64,000 nucleotides of DNA from the human T2T-CHM13v2.0 reference genome, Homo sapiens, in assembly GCF_009914755.1 (NCBI RefSeq), contig NC_060944.1, one strand, 5' to 3'. Every line of letters starts with the position of its first letter. Within the stretch, counting starts at the first letter, position 1. Of this stretch, positions 1 to 17,412 are shown in pieces. The translations under genes were made by a program, and so were the position numbers. Under the pieces are notes generated by a model, which ran no database searches, had not been told where the DNA came from, and saw only the letters and a list, made by a program, of their open reading frames with translations.

Positions 1-1609
1 ATTCATTTCTGCCGTTCATACAGCTAGAGCTTTCCATCCTGTGACAAACACAAGCCAAAGTGCTTAAGGACATCTGTTTATTTTATTTCTTTAACGAGAA
101 AACCTTCCAATTTCTCCTGAGCTCAGCTGTGTTTATTTACATTTTCTTGGTCATGTGAGGCGAGCACCTTGGAAGTTTAAAGGCCTGGCCAGACCCTTGC
201 AGGAGCCTGTAGCTCTGAAACGGAGAGGAAGCCCTGCCCAAGGAAAACAGAGTCCTTGGAACTCTATAAAATAGATTCTCAAAATAAATACTGCCTCATT
301 CACTTGGTAGATGTGGATTAAGTCAAGATGAATACAATTTGAAAAGGATTTTCTGAGGAAGTCGGAGATTTCTTTCCCCCACTGGGGGTTAAACCTTGTA
401 TTTAAATCTCTCTTCCCCCTTCCCTCTCTCTTTTCAGCTGAGTAAAAGGTGTTTAGTCTTTGTGGCTAATAAAGAAAGGATGACTTTGATTGGGCTCCTC
501 CAGCAGTGATTATTTTCTTTGCAGCACGGCTGGGAGAAGGAGAGTGACCTCACTAGTCACTCTGTCCCATCCTGTAAGGAGTGAGGGCAAGAAGCAAACA
601 TCTGCAGTTGTCATTTTGGCGGGGGTGGGTGAGGAAGAAGTTGGAACAGCCTTGAGAGATGTCGCGGAGGTGAATGACATTGTTTGAGGGGTGTTGGATG
701 GGGGTGGTACCCTTTGTTGGCTTAATCCCTTATAATGATGCTTCCCTAAGCCAGGGACCTTCATGCCAAGTACCCCCGCTTATGTATTTTACAGCATTAA
801 AGGATTATTTCCAACATAAAATATATTTTAAAGATGGTTTGGGGTTGTCAGAAAAGTGCTCATTAGCAGAGACTTTCTTTGAAGCCCTGTGCTCTCGGCC
901 GCTTTGAGAGAGACCATTTCCTTATAGAATCACTCAACTTGGGTTGAGAGTTCTGAGCGAGTTAAGTCTCCTGACTATGCCTAATTTTCCGCCCACAGAT
1001 TTAACAAACACAGACTGCTTCCCCAGACTTCCTTCGCCAACTTCCCCCGCTTTCTTGCCCCACCTCTCAGTGAATGCTGAAGGGCATCTGAAAGGAAAGA
1101 AAAAGGAGAGGGATTTAAATCCTCCATGCAAAACCTACAACAAATTGTCAGCTGGGTTGGAGTAAGAAGCTCCTTTGTCTTCTGTAAATATAGAGCTTGC
1201 TGCTCACGATGATAAGTGCTGAAAAAAATCCCAGGCACTCTGGGAACCTACATAATGGGAACAATTTTCCTTTACACTTAACTAGCAGGTTGAGAAGCCG
1301 TCTCCCCTCCAACTACTCACCTGCACTTTTTACACTACTTATTTCCCAACAATAGTGTTCTTCCAGCGTCCAAAGATTGCTGGTGATGAGGTGTCACCTG
1401 CTAAACGGCAGGAAGGTGTCAACGCCATTGTATTTGGGGTTGACTTTGACAGGGAAATAGGAGGTGTCCCCTCACCATGCCTGCTTCCCACACTTCCTCT
1501 GTGAATTCGTGAACTTTCAGGCCCCTCCGATGGCAGATGGGGAAAAGCTCCAATGGATGTCTCCCAGTGGGGCCTAATTCAAAGCAGAAATATGCAGTCT
1601 CGGAGTGGA

Positions 1610-1982
1610 AATGACCATCAATGGATGAATGGATAAATCATAGGATAGTCATACTCGTGGAATATGATTCAGCTATGAAAAGGAATGGGGTACTGATACA
1701 TGCTACAACACACTTATGTCAAGTGAAAGAAGCCAGATACAGAAGGTCATATTTGTATGACTGTTTATATGAAATACCCAGAAGAGGTCAATCCTTAGAG
1801 CCAGAATGAAGACTGTTGGTTACTAGGGACTAGGGGTAGTGGGGAATGGGGAGTAAGTGCTTCTTGGGTACAGAGTTTCCTTTTAGGGTGATGAAAATGT
1901 TTTGGACCTAGGTGGAGGTGGTGGGTGCACAACATTGTACCCTAGATTCCACTGAAGTGTTCACTTTAAAGTGGTTCATTTT
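1610..1982 (+). mobile_element. Old L1 (L1MB-like) 3'UTR fragment
   Basis: atggatgaatggataaa...agtgaaagaagccagatacagaaggtcatattt...ggggtgatgaaaatgttttgga. Confidence 0.8.
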
Positions 1983-2563
<581 letters not shown>

Positions 2564-3049
2564 AGGGTTTATTTTCAGTGCTATGGATTTTACCTAAATT
2601 TTTTAAAAAGAAAGAAAGAAAGAATCTCCTTGGGTAGTCACGTTTTGTTAGACCGCTGAGCCCAGGCTTGGTCTTGGTATGTGCTGCCATAGCCCGTGTG
2701 CCCAATGCGGTGGGGAAGTCGCTTCTTGCCATGGTGTCTGTTGTGACATTTCTGACTGGAATCCTGCCGGGTGATGTGACACTGTGGAGTCTAAAGGTCC
2801 CAGATCAAATCCCATCCCCACCACTTCCTGGAACAAGTCAGTTTTTTCCTAAGGTCTCAGTCTGTAAAATTGGAACAGCAGTTCTTGCCCTACTGACCTC
2901 ATAAGACAAGCCCGAGAATGATTCTGTTTCCCAAAGGGCACTGAGAGTGCTCTGGAAGGAACGCACACGGTCTGGAGATACCTAAAGATGAATATTTTTT
3001 TACTTGGAAATTCAGATAGGACTTTTTGTTAGTTCTTGAGTTTGAATTT

Positions 3050-3700
<651 letters not shown>

Positions 3701-4425
3701 TGAAGTATCTACTTTTATGATGACTTTCAGTTTGTAGCATATAATCCATAATCAGAAACCTACAGTAGGCAGGAGGATCACTCGAGTCCAGGAGTTTGAG
3801 ACCACCCTGGACAACATAGATCCTGTCTCTACAATTAAAAATAAAATAAATCTCTCTCCCCATGCATAGCACTGGGTCAGATCCTTTGCATGGGTCATCT
3901 CCTTGGTCTTCAACACGAACCTGCAAGCTAAACATAGTAATCCCCATTCAACCCAGAAGGACACAAGCTCTGCCCAAGACTACCACGCTGGGAAGTGGCA
4001 GAGAAGGGATCAGACCCAGAACTCCAAAGGCCATTCTAAACCCAACTGAGCTGACCAAGGCCCCAAGTTCCCTGGCCCAGCCCTCAAACTTGCCCTCCAA
4101 CCCCAGCTCCTTCCTCGGCCAGACATCACACTGAGGGCATCTGCAGGCCACACCTGGCCCTTAAACATATCCTTTTTATTACTTTTAAAATTTGTTGCCA
4201 GCATTTAAAATCAGGATATTTCACATACAAATCCAGCTTTCTGGTTTCTTTTGAAAAATCAGAAGATCTGGGCATGCTGCACCCACAATCCCAAATGGCA
4301 TCACTTGGCTGCAGCTGCCCAGAAACCACCCCCTATAAATGGCTCAGGTGTTCAGTTTGCCACAGTCCCCTCATTCCCTATCATCTCCCTAACATTAATG
4401 TCATCATGTTTCATTTTCTTCATAA

Positions 4426-4762
<337 letters not shown>

Positions 4763-4867
4763 TTTCTTAGTTTTTTATGCCCTTCTCTGCCATTAGAATA
4801 TAAGCTCCTTGAGGCAAGGGACTTTCGATATCTGAGAGCAAGGAGACAGCATTGCAAAGTGGTCAAG

Positions 4868-5106
4868 AGCAGAGGTCAGCAAACTACATCCATCCTATGG
4901 GCCAAATCTGCTCCCTCCCCACTCCCCCAGCTTGTTTTTTTAAATAAAGTTTTATTGTAACAGTCACACCCATTCGTTTACATCTTGTCTATGTCTGCTT
5001 TTGTGCTACCGCAGCAGAGTTGAATAGTTATGATGGAAACCATATGGGCCACAGAGCCTAAAATATATGCTTTCCAAACCTTTATAGAAAAAGTTCACCA
5101 CCCCTG
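4868..5106. mobile_element. MER58-like hAT DNA transposon
   Basis: cagaggtcagcaaact...aataaagttttattg...gcagagttgaatagt...cccctg. Confidence 0.75.
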
Positions 5107-5344
5107 GTCTCAAGAGCCAGACTACTCAGATCCAAAGACAGCTCCACTTCCTAGCCATGTGACCTCAGACAAGTCACTTTGCCTTCCTGTGCCTCAGTTT
5201 TCACCTCTGTAGCATGGATGTAATAACAATAATACTCACCTTATAGGGTCACTGGAGGAGGATTACATGAGTTAATACATGTCGAGTGTTTGGAGCTGTA
5301 CCTCCTATGTAGTAAAGAGTTTTTGTAGATAAGCAAATGACACT

Positions 5345-5539
5345 TTTTTTTTTAATTGACAGATAATAATTGTACACATTCATGGGGTACATGGTGATGT
5401 TTCGATGCATATAAAGTATAATGATCAGATCAGGGTAATTAACATATCCACCATCACAAACATTTCTCATTTCTTTGTGTTGGGAATGTTTAATATCCTC
5501 CTTCTAGCTATTTGAAACTATATATTATTATTAAAATAT
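5345..5539 (-). mobile_element. L1MA-like 3' end
   Basis: tttaattgacagataataattgtacacattcatggggtacatggtgatgttt...gatcagatcagggtaatt. Confidence 0.8.
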
Positions 5540-6556
5540 TGTCATGAGTGGGGCAAGGTCAGATATAACCAGGTCCACGCACGTTTATGTCTTTCCACAA
5601 GGTCAGGCTTTCACTGATGCTATTTCAGTTATGAAAGCCACTAGCTAGAGGAAGACAAGAGAATGACCTGTCTGGAGTTCCCAAGGAGGCAATTCTCCTT
5701 AATATTACCCTTTCACTTGGTAGTCAGGGCCATGAGCACAAAAGGCTGAAACCACTCCACAAGTCAGTCAATATTGCAAACCATACATAATAGTATACTT
5801 AATTGATATATAAATGTTATAGATTAGAATTTCATGCCAAACAGCAACATTAGGCATCAAGAATAAAGGGGATATGAAAAGGGACTAACGGGCTGGGTAC
5901 GGTGACTCACGCCTGTAATCCCAGCACTTTGGGAGGCCGAGGCAGGCAGATCACTTGAGGTCAAGAGTTCAAGACCAGCCTGGCCAACATGGTGAAACCC
6001 CCGTCTCTACTAAAAATACAAAAATTAGACAGACCTGGTGGCACACACCTGTAATCCCAGCTACTTGGGAGACTGAGGCAGGAGAATCACTTGAACCCAA
6101 GAGGCAGAGGTTGCAGTGTGCCAAGTGCACTCCAGCCTGGGTGACAGAGTGAGATTCCATCTCAAAAAAAAAAAAAGGTGGGGGAGTGGGGGGCCTAATG
6201 AACCAGTCCAAGGAGAGTGACATGTAGAAGGAGAGAGTCCTGATCCGGGCACTTGCCAGTATCTTCCAAGAGTCCTTTATTTGGGCAGAGCCTTCAGCTT
6301 CAAATTCTGGGTGCTGATGACAAGTGACAGTGAGACAGAATGTGTTAAGATGTCAAGCTGGTGAGGTCCTGCTCATTTTATGACCCTTGAGTCCTCTGGT
6401 GAGGACTGGTGGTAAAGGGTTACACCCTTATCTGGTTGGGTGTTGTCTCTATTGATTAGGTAGACATCTGGACTCTTGTTGACTTGATGACTTTTAAAAT
6501 GTAAGATGGAGTCTTTTTCTAAGATGGAGTCACTTATGTCAAGGGTGTGCTATACA
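5540..6556 (-). mobile_element. ERV1-class solo LTR interrupted by an AluS (about 5890-6177, +)
   Basis: TG...CA termini; minus-strand start tgtatagcacacccttgacataagtgactccatcttagaaaaagactccatctt resembles MER4-group LTRs; subfamily not determined. Confidence 0.6.
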
Positions 6557-7188
6557 TATAGTATCTTTTAAAGAGCTGCATCTTTAGAAGCACATTGCTG
6601 GTTATGTAAGATGTTCTATCTGAGGAAGTGTGCTGAAGTGTGACTACTACTAATAATAAGCAGAAAGCACGTGGTGTTGATGGGGATGTTGTCAATGCTG
6701 ATGGCAGCAGCGGGCACTTGCTGGGCATCAAACCCTGTTCTGAGTCCTTGGAATGACTTTCCATAAACAAACCCATCTCCCATGTCACCACATGCCCCTC
6801 AGCCCTGGGCAGTGACTCCTGTTAGGGTGATCATCTCATCCAGGTTTGTCTGTGACTTTCCCACTTGTAGCACTGGAAGTCCCAAGACCCAGGAAACCCC
6901 TCAATCCCAGGCAAATCAGGAGAGTTGGTCACTCTACTCCATATCCACAATCCATTTTATCTATTTATTTGTTATTTTTGCCTTTAAATTTATATCCTAG
7001 AAAAATACTTTAAAAGCTGCTAGACATGTCCAGCTGAAAGAACATTCTTCAAAGATTAAAAAAAAAAAAATTCTAAGAGGCTGAATAGTTGCACAAAACC
7101 CCAAAAGAGGAACCGGTTTCAACATCTTTCTTTGTTCTCTTAAATTTGACCATGATTTCATCATTTGTCATGAGTTTGACTCTTGTGA

Positions 7189-7535
<347 letters not shown>

Positions 7536-8907
7536 AGTTAAGTTCTTGTTAGTACAGATAGACCCATTATCTTTTCTATTTTTGGTGTTCTCCCACAAAA
7601 CTGTCGAAGAAGCCAAGTTTTTTTTTAACTTTACTGTTTAAACATGTGAATCAACTTATTTTTTCTTTATCAGCATCATTTTCTTGTCTTCCTCTAAAAA
7701 AAATTTTTTTAAACAAGCTGATCTGCCTTCCAAAAGTTTCCAAGTAATTAAACCCAATTAAAACCATTAAATTCTTTCTTTTAATGACAACTTTATTATT
7801 AAAAGCTAACCACAAGGAGGAGATTTAACTGGCAAAGCTCTCTGTTGTGTGTTAATCCATTCCTGACCTCTGGCTGACACTTCCAAGAGATAAACCCCAC
7901 AGAATAGGGAGCTGGTTTAATGAACAGCTTTAATTAATACTTTTCTTCCTTGTGGCAGAGTAATTATTTGTTCAACTTGTAAACAGCTCCTTGGCGGTGA
8001 TTTTTTAAAGACCCAGTTGGCTTGGATAGTGTGATGGTTTTGATGTGTTTTGTGTGTTTGTGTGTGTTTTTTTTTTCTTTAAAAGAGAGAGGGGAGGAGA
8101 TCTCCATTCCAGGATTGGTGCTGAAGCACATGTGTCCTGAAGTTCAGGACGTCAGGGTAATTGACACAGAAGAAAAGTGAGGCGAAGGCAGGCAGCAAGC
8201 TGCCTGTATTTTTGAGACATCTCCAGAGAGGGCAGGTCTGCAGACGGGCAGGTCTGCACTTTGCAGCAACAGTCTGCAAGCCCAGACAAGGCCCCCAAGG
8301 AGACACAAGCCCAGCCCAAATGCAGTCTGAGTGTTAAGAAAGGAAAGGGCCTGGGATTGCAAAGCGCGAGGCCAAACGCCTCCCCCGACCTTCCCTTCGC
8401 GTGGCACCTGAGAAAGGGGCAGCCCAGTGCAAATGCTAGGTGTGACCAACCAGGCCCCGGAGAAGCGATTCTGTGAACAAGGATGACTAGCCCGCTAGTA
8501 GTGCTTGCCGCAAGCCGCCCATGCATCCCAAGTGCTTTCCACCCATCACCTCCCTAACCTGTCTCAGGGAGGTAGATGCCGTGGGTTTTCGTGAGGTTAA
8601 GTGGCCTGTCCCAAGTCACGTACCTTCTAGCAATAAGGGCAGAGCGCAGATTGCAGCCAGCTGTCTGGCTGCAGGAGTCAGTCCTAACTACTGGGCAGAG
8701 CTGCCCCTTGAGACAAGAAAGTGGCACCTCCCACTCAGCTGGCGGGGAGAGACTTAGGTTTGTTTTTTTTCATTTAGTTCATCTCTTAGTTAGAAAGCTG
8801 GTTTCATTAACAAGTTAGAAAGTTAGTTTCATTGCCCACTCTGTAATTCCAAACTTAATTTACTAACACTAAGGACCAAGCTTTGTCATTATTTTAAAAA
8901 TCATTTA

Positions 8908-9124
8908 GAGGAGTGATTCTCAACTAGGGGTGATCTTGTCCCTCAGAGGACATTTGGTGACGTCTGGAGACATTTTTGACTGTCACAACTGGGTAGGCGT
9001 GCTACTGAATTTAGTGGGTAGAGGCCACGGATGCTGCTCAAATTCCTACAACCCACAGGATGGAACTACAACGTGGAATTATCTGGCTCAAAATGCCAAC
9101 AGTGCCAAAGCGGAAAAACCCTGA
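8908..9124. mobile_element. MER20 hAT DNA transposon
   Basis: gtgattctcaac...ggacatttgg...tctggagacatttttgactgtcacaactggg...caacagtgccaa...aaaccctg. Confidence 0.85.
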
Positions 9125-9503
9125 TTTGTAGAATCCTCAAATGTTTCATTCTTATATAATTACTCAGACTTTTCATTCTTGTAGAATGCTCAAATGCTCA
9201 CTCTAGAAGCAATTTGTAAACACACAAAAGCAATATTAATGCACCCATCAGTCCCCACCCCACCCCCTCAAAATTAGGCTGAATCTCTTATAAAAAAAAA
9301 AGTTAATTAATTAACTTAGTGAATTTGTTAACCAGGCCACCAGAAATTCTTCAGAAACACATCTAAAGTGCCACTAACTGTTCTCAACTGAACAGTTAGT
9401 TACGGATGAAATTGTTAGTACAAGAATATTTGAAGACAGTCCCCAAATTCCCAAACATCTACCTCTACTTATTATGCAAGTTTCCTTAAGAAAATGCTTA
9501 TGT

Positions 9504-9758
9504 GGCCAAGCTCGGTGGCTCATGCTTGTAATCCCAGCACTTTGGAAGGCCGAGGCGAGAGGATCACCTGAGGTCAGGAGTTCGAGACCAGCCTGGCCAA
9601 CATGGTGAAATCCCATCTCTACTAAAAATACCAAAATTAGCCAGCTGTAGTGGCACACACCTGTAATCCCAGCTACTCAGGAGGCTGAGGCAGGAGAATC
9701 ACTTGAACCCGGGAAGCAGAGGTTACAGTGAGCCAAGATAACAAAAAAGAAAAGAAAA
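9504..9758 (+). mobile_element. AluS lacking the last about 45 nt of the right arm
   Basis: Alu consensus to gagccaagat then directly an A-rich tail. Confidence 0.88.
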
Positions 9759-11022
9759 TATGTATGAAGAGCACAAAGCAGATTAACTAATTTCACCCTC
9801 TGAGCCTCCTTGGGCTGAGGGATGTGTTCAGAGATCTCTGATGCCTCTTTGGGGCTCCCAAGACTCTCCTCCCCAAGGGCTCAGAGCTGTGTCTGAAGCT
9901 GGAAAGATAAGCAGACAGTCCTGGAGGGCTTAATCCTGGGACTGGGTTGAGTCCAATGCTTAAGATGTCAGAATTCAAGCTTCTTAGAGCAAGGGCCGTA
10001 GGCTTCGTGTTTCTATCTGGAAGGACTGACCGTGGCATCCCACCTGCAAGACCCTTGACAAGAGCGAAACAGACAGCTAGCGTTGCTGACAGACCAAGAC
10101 ATTATTCAGAGAGTGTTGCTGTTTTCTGAAAATTATCTTTGGATATGTTGCATTTGATAAGATTAATGGATCTAAAGAGGCCCTAAAGTTAATCTTTTCA
10201 CAAACACACCTGTTTTTGACTCCTAGGGTGACATCCTAGAAAGACATGGGCTACAAGTAAGTGAGGGGAAAGGCTGGGAGCAGAGAGAGATGGTTCTGAG
10301 CCCTTCGGGGGCAGGTAAAATGAGCTGATTTCCAATCGCGGCCAAGGTGTCTGGTTCCCGCAGAGCCATTCCCGGCCTTTGGCAGGCAGCAAATGGCAGC
10401 TGACAAGGAAGGGATTTTCCAGTTAGCTTTGCCTTTTCATATCAAGTCCAGGAAATTAAAGACACACATACTCCACAGCAATAAGGGGAGACGGTTTCCC
10501 ACCCTGTGGGCTCTCCTTTTGTCCCCTCCAAAGACCAGCATTGCAGTTATCAGAGAGGAAAGCCAGCCTGAGACCTGAGAAAAGAATCAGGGCTGATTTT
10601 TAGGTGGCAGCTGCCTGCCGTTTCTCCTCACTTTGGAAGTGTAATTGTCATTAAACATGTTGTTTGTTTCATTAAAAGTAGACATCAACAGTTACAAATC
10701 AGGCATTTACGAAAAAAAAAAAAATCTGGTGGTTATCTGCCCTAAGCTTTTTTTTCCTAATAAATCATTTCATTTTATGTTACTAGTTCCCATGAAGATA
10801 TATTTATGAGTAAAATGGTTAAGATTTTGGATTCTTGAGTTAGACAGTCCTAGATTTGAATCCCAGCTCTGCCACTTATTGGCAGCGTGACCTTGGACAA
10901 GTCACTTCATCAGTCTGAGTTTTGATTTATCTGTAAAACAGGGAAAAGATATTTTGAGGAGGAAATGGGATAATGTACACAAAGTTCACACATATTCATA
11001 TATTCATTTAAAATAAAAAAAT

Positions 11023-11320
<298 letters not shown>

Positions 11321-12440
11321 AATTAACCAAGCATCTGCCATTCAAGCTCTGATCTAGGTATGAGGGACACAGTAATAGCTCCCATGGAGTTTGCCTCCTA
11401 CTTAGAGGAGAAGCACAAAAAATTATAAATAAATAAATAAGAGCATTTCAGTCAATGATAAATGCTGTTTAAAACTGCAACAGAGTAATGGGATGTGGAG
11501 TGAGTGGGGAGGAGTATGTTAGTTTATTTCATAGGGAATGGTCAGAGAAGACCTTTCTGGCATTGAAAGTGGGAATGGAATGTTACAAAGGATCCAGCCC
11601 TGAAAGAGCCTGGGAAGAGGGGATTTCAGGCTGAGGAACAGCATGTGCAAAGGCCCTGAGGCAGGAGCAAGTTTGGCAGATTCAAGGCAGAGTGGAAGAG
11701 TAGGTGGTTACTAGAGCACATGAGGCCACTAGAAGACGGTGGCTTTACTCAGAGGGCCAGGGGAAGCCAGTGGGTTTTAAGTGAAAAGCACAGCTCTGAT
11801 TGTTGTTTTAAAAAGAGCACTCTGGCTGCTGTGTGGACAACAGACATGGGGGACAAGGGAGGCTAGCTGCCTTTATAGTGGCCCAGCACACAGAGGGGCT
11901 CCTTGTCTTCCTCCCTCACCGCCCCCCTCTCTTGGTGATGGACTGAAGGTGCCTTGGAAATAAGATAAATGACAACATGCAAATAAAGTGCTGAGCGCAG
12001 GAGCAGGTGCATAGTAGACCATCCAACCAGCAAAGCTCTGATAAGAATTATTATTTTGGGGAACTATCTCTTAATCCCTTGCTCCTTGGAAAACCTGGAA
12101 GAAATCAGGCAATTGGGGTATAAGGACCAGGTGAAGTGCTAGAGCCCTCAGGTCAGGGGAGCAGTTGTGCCCCCCACCCCAGTCACATGCATGTCCCCCT
12201 CCAACCCCCACCACGGATCAGATCAAATGAGGATGGCTAGCATCAGGGTCTGAGTCACTGCCTTAGCTGCCAGTTTTTCCTAAAGCAGATTTCAACCTTG
12301 AAATAAATCTCTTAAAATGCCTTTTTTATGATCCCAAAATGAAAACCCCAAATAATATAGCTGACCACTCACTACTTTAAAAAAAATGAATGTAGTATCC
12401 TAACTGTAACTTAACGGAAAGAAATAAAAGAAGGTTTATT

Positions 12441-12756
<316 letters not shown>

Positions 12757-12977
12757 GAGAAGGTTTATTTTCTAAAAATATGTATTTCAGTATGTAAATG
12801 CTCAAACATGACCGCAATAGAAGACATGACAAAGGAGTCTGATACTACCACCCACTTCTCATTTAAAAGGTTGCATTTCAGAGAACTAGGAAGATCTGGG
12901 GCTCTTCTCTACTAGAAGTAAAGGAAAATGGAAGAACAGAGATGGGATGGACCATGGGATACAAACAAGTATATTCA

Positions 12978-13305
<328 letters not shown>

Positions 13306-13648
13306 CTATGTTTACTTCTATAAAGGAGTTAGATTCTAGGCTCAGATCATTAGAAACAGGTTTTTCACAACGTGAGTGTTCATCAGGAGATATGAAAGTC
13401 ACATGGGTTGTGGGACAATTTTTCTTTCTGTACAACTTCCTACAGTGCATTAGAAGACATTAATATCCTTGGCACCCCCAAATACCACTATCCCTCTCAA
13501 CTATTACAACGAACAAAATGCTTCCCCCACAAATTTCCAAACCACTGTCTAGGCGGAGGTGCCACACCTGCCGAGAACCACTGCCCTAAAACAGATTCAT
13601 GGATGATATACTCAAAATAACCGCATTTGGCAATTTTATAATTGCATG

Positions 13649-14058
13649 CTGTGGTGGGCAGAAAAATGGCACCCCAAAGACGTCCACATCCTAGTCCCCA
13701 GAATCTGTGGCTGTTAACCTTCTATGGCCAAAGGGACTTTGCAGCTGTGATTATGTGTCCCTAATGTAATCAGAAGGGTTTTTATAAAAGGGAGGGTGGT
13801 CAAAGTGGGCGGTAGGAGATGTGAGGCCAGAAGCAAGATATTGGAGTGACATGAGGAAGGGGCCATGAGCCCAGGAATGCAGGTGGCCTCTAGCAGCTAA
13901 CACAAGCAAGGAAACAGTCTTCTCCTCTGAAGCCTTCAAAGGAACGCAGCCCTGCAGACACCTCTCATCTCTAGAACTATTAGAGAATAAGTGTACATTG
14001 TTTAAAGCCACTAAGTTTGTGCTAATGTGTTATGGCAGCCACAGGAAACTATATTACA
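13649..14058 (+). mobile_element. MaLR solo LTR (MLT1D-like)
   Basis: tgtggtgggcagaaaaatggc...aaagacgtccacatccta...gagaataagtgtacattgtttaaagccactaagtttgtg...ggaaacta...aca. Confidence 0.85.
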
Positions 14059-14159
14059 TGTGTTTATATTCATGGTGACTTTCCATTTATGGTGACTACA
14101 CCAGGTTTTCTATTTATGATCATGATAACAAGTTTCTTTCTAAACTAAAATGCACTTAG

Positions 14160-14440
14160 ATTTTGTTTTTGTCTTTGAAACAGGGTCTCACTCTGTTGCC
14201 CAGGCTGGAGTGCAGTAGCGCAATCATAGTTCACTGTCACCTCAACCTCCCAGGCTTGAGCAATCCTCCTGCTAGGACTGTAGGCACACACCACCACGCC
14301 CAGCTAATTTTTTAATTTTTTGTAGAGATGAAGTCTTACTATGTTGTCCAAGCTGGTCTTCAGTTCCTGGGCTCAAGCGATCCTCCTGCCTCAGCCTCCC
14401 AAAGCACTAGATTATGAGCGTGAGCCACCATGCCCCCAGC
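14160..14440 (-). mobile_element. AluJ
   Basis: Diverged antisense Alu with J features. Confidence 0.85.
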
Positions 14441-15723
14441 GAGGTGTTTTAGAAGGAGGGAGTAGCCAAATTAAAGGAAAATATTAAGTTAATAATAACA
14501 CAGCTACTCTGTAGCTTGGCAGAACTTGCAAAGGTGTTCCAAGAATGGCCCTAGTTTGGAAAATAACAGGTTAAACTATCGCATGGGAATTTCTCAGCGG
14601 GAGAAGTCTTCTGTTGGAAGCTTCTGAATGCTGCTGCTTTTTGTTAGTAATACCTAGGCACCAGGTGTTTTGCAAGACACACCACACACAAATCCTCAGG
14701 AGCCCTGGAAAGGACTCACTGCTTATGTTCAGCTGAAGAAACTGAGGCCCAGGGAGAGTGAACATCTCCTTCAAGGTGATGTACCTGGGGAATGGCAGTC
14801 CCAGGATTTGAACCTGGGTCCTGCCAACTCCATGGGTGATGCTCTCAACCACTTTGCTTCATGGAGATTCTTGTCTATGGCCACATTCATGGATACCTTG
14901 TGAATGATGGAGGCAATTTGTGGTGGCCATTTGGGTGAGTCCCTTGCCCCATTAGGCAATGCTTGTATAAGGGAGAGGTTACTCTTTTCAGACTACATAA
15001 TAACCCAGGCCCTTCCATGGACTTGGCTTAAATCACCTTGGGGTGGGGGTAGCAAGAGGTGCCATCAGAAGAGAAGACAGTCTTTCCAAAGTGCTTCCTG
15101 GCAAAGCTCGACCATTGCTAAGATGTAAAGAAACACTTGGGCTTGCTCAGCAGGCCTTGTCTATGCCGCAAACACCCGTTTTTGCTTGGAATTGGCACGT
15201 TGCATGCTGAGTTAAGAATCTTTTGATTATAAGCGACAGAAATTCAATGCACGTCAGCTTAGGCCAAAAAGGAGAATTTGTTCATGTCACCAAGATGTCC
15301 AAACGTAGACCTAAAGCAAGGTGGGATCCAGCTCCCTAAATATTTTCATATGAATCTGTGTGCACTGTCAGGAAGGCTCTGCCTGTAGGGTGACAGAGAT
15401 GGCTGCCGGCATCCTTGAGCCTATATCTACCAGCTCAGCCACCCCAGGAAAAAAAGGTGCCTCTCCCAGGAGTCATAGCTAAAGTCCTCAGGCCAATGCC
15501 CATTGGCTCATAATCATCCTTGAATCAATCACTATGATTCTAGCCAGGGATGGGTTATGAGATCACCCTGAAAGACCCATAATGGGTGTTATTTTTACTA
15601 AAAATTATTAACTGCTAATTTACGGATGTGACTGCTCATTCTCAGAGAGATTGGGTATCTCCACAATAGCATGCTGCCTCCTTTGCTAACCGGTTGTTTT
15701 TTGAAGGTGTCTAATAAAGACAC

Positions 15724-16287
15724 TGTGTTGGGAATCCCCAAGACCACCTTCGGCCTCAATGATTGACTAGAACTCACAAGGCTCAGAGAAGCTGTTAGAC
15801 TCACAGTTACAGTTATTACAGTAAAAGGACACAGATTAAAATCTGCAAGGGGAAGAGGCACATGGGGTGAAATCCAGGAAAGACCAGGCACAATCTTCCG
15901 GGAGTCCTCTCCCAGGGGAGCACGGACACTCCACCTAATTCTCCCAGCAACAATGTGTGCGAACACATGCCAAGTGTTGCCAACCAGGGAAGCCCACTTG
16001 AGCCTTGATGTCCAGGGTCTTATTGGGGGTCAGTGACATAGGCATGCGACACCTAAGTAACTGACCTCAGCCACTCAGACACCAGCACCCCAGAGCAAAA
16101 ATAGGCATTCACCATAAACTACATTCTTAGCCTAAACTATCTCAAGTGGAAGTGCATGGTGTGGCCCAAGGGCTTGGAGCTCATGCACCAGGAACTGGCC
16201 AAGGGCCAGCCCTGAAGACAGACATTTCTTAAGGAATGTGCAGGGTTTGAGCAACCCAGGCCTGCTGAGTTAACCCTTTCCTGCACA
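15724..16287. mobile_element. ERV LTR, MER21-like
   Basis: tgtgttgggaatccccaagaccacc...gattaaaatc...ctgctgagttaaccctttcctgcaca. Confidence 0.75.
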
Positions 16288-17038
16288 GCCAGCCTCTAAA
16301 TCTTTATAGCAGACCCCAAATGAAATCAGCTAAATGGCTCTTCCCAAGTAAAGACCACCAGATAGCGTAGATGTCTGGTGCACTTGGAGATTCCACAGAG
16401 GGGACAGCACATCCCTTCTGCCCAGTCATGCAGCTGAACCATGGAAGGCAGACGCTCCCTCAGAGCAAAAAAGCCATGACAGGGGTGGTGGCCTAACCAG
16501 AGGATTATGGAGTCTGGAGTCAGATTAGACCTGAGTTCAGTGCCAACACTTTCTCTTACAAGCTAAGCAACATTGAACAAGCTACACAGTAATAATAGTA
16601 ACAGTAATAGCAATATAAACAGTAGCTATTATTAAGCTAACATTTATTCAGACCTTGCTATGTTCCAGGCATGGTTTTAAGCACTTAAACAGTCATTAAT
16701 TTATTGTTTTTAATTTTTTTTACATGGTCACAGTAAGAAATACATTTTACACTATAACCCACCACATACACACACACACACACAAACACACACACACCCC
16801 AACTGGAATAGGTGTTCACCATTGCTGTGTATGATAGATTCTGATAGTTCGTTGTCTATTGTAGGAATTAACAAACTTTTCCTATAAAGGGATAATAAAT
16901 ATTTTAGGATTTCAGCTAGGTCCTGTGGTGACTACTCAACTATGCCATTGTACCATGAAAACAGCCATAAATAAACATTAAGTGATCAAATGGGCACTGC
17001 TAGGTTCCAACAAAACTTTATTTACAAAAACAGACAAC

Positions 17039-17412
<374 letters not shown>

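Noticed and set aside
420-450. Strong-looking splice acceptor (ccctctctcttttcag)
   Set aside because: No EYA-like coding sequence follows and no convincing donor; such pseudo-acceptors are common in long introns.
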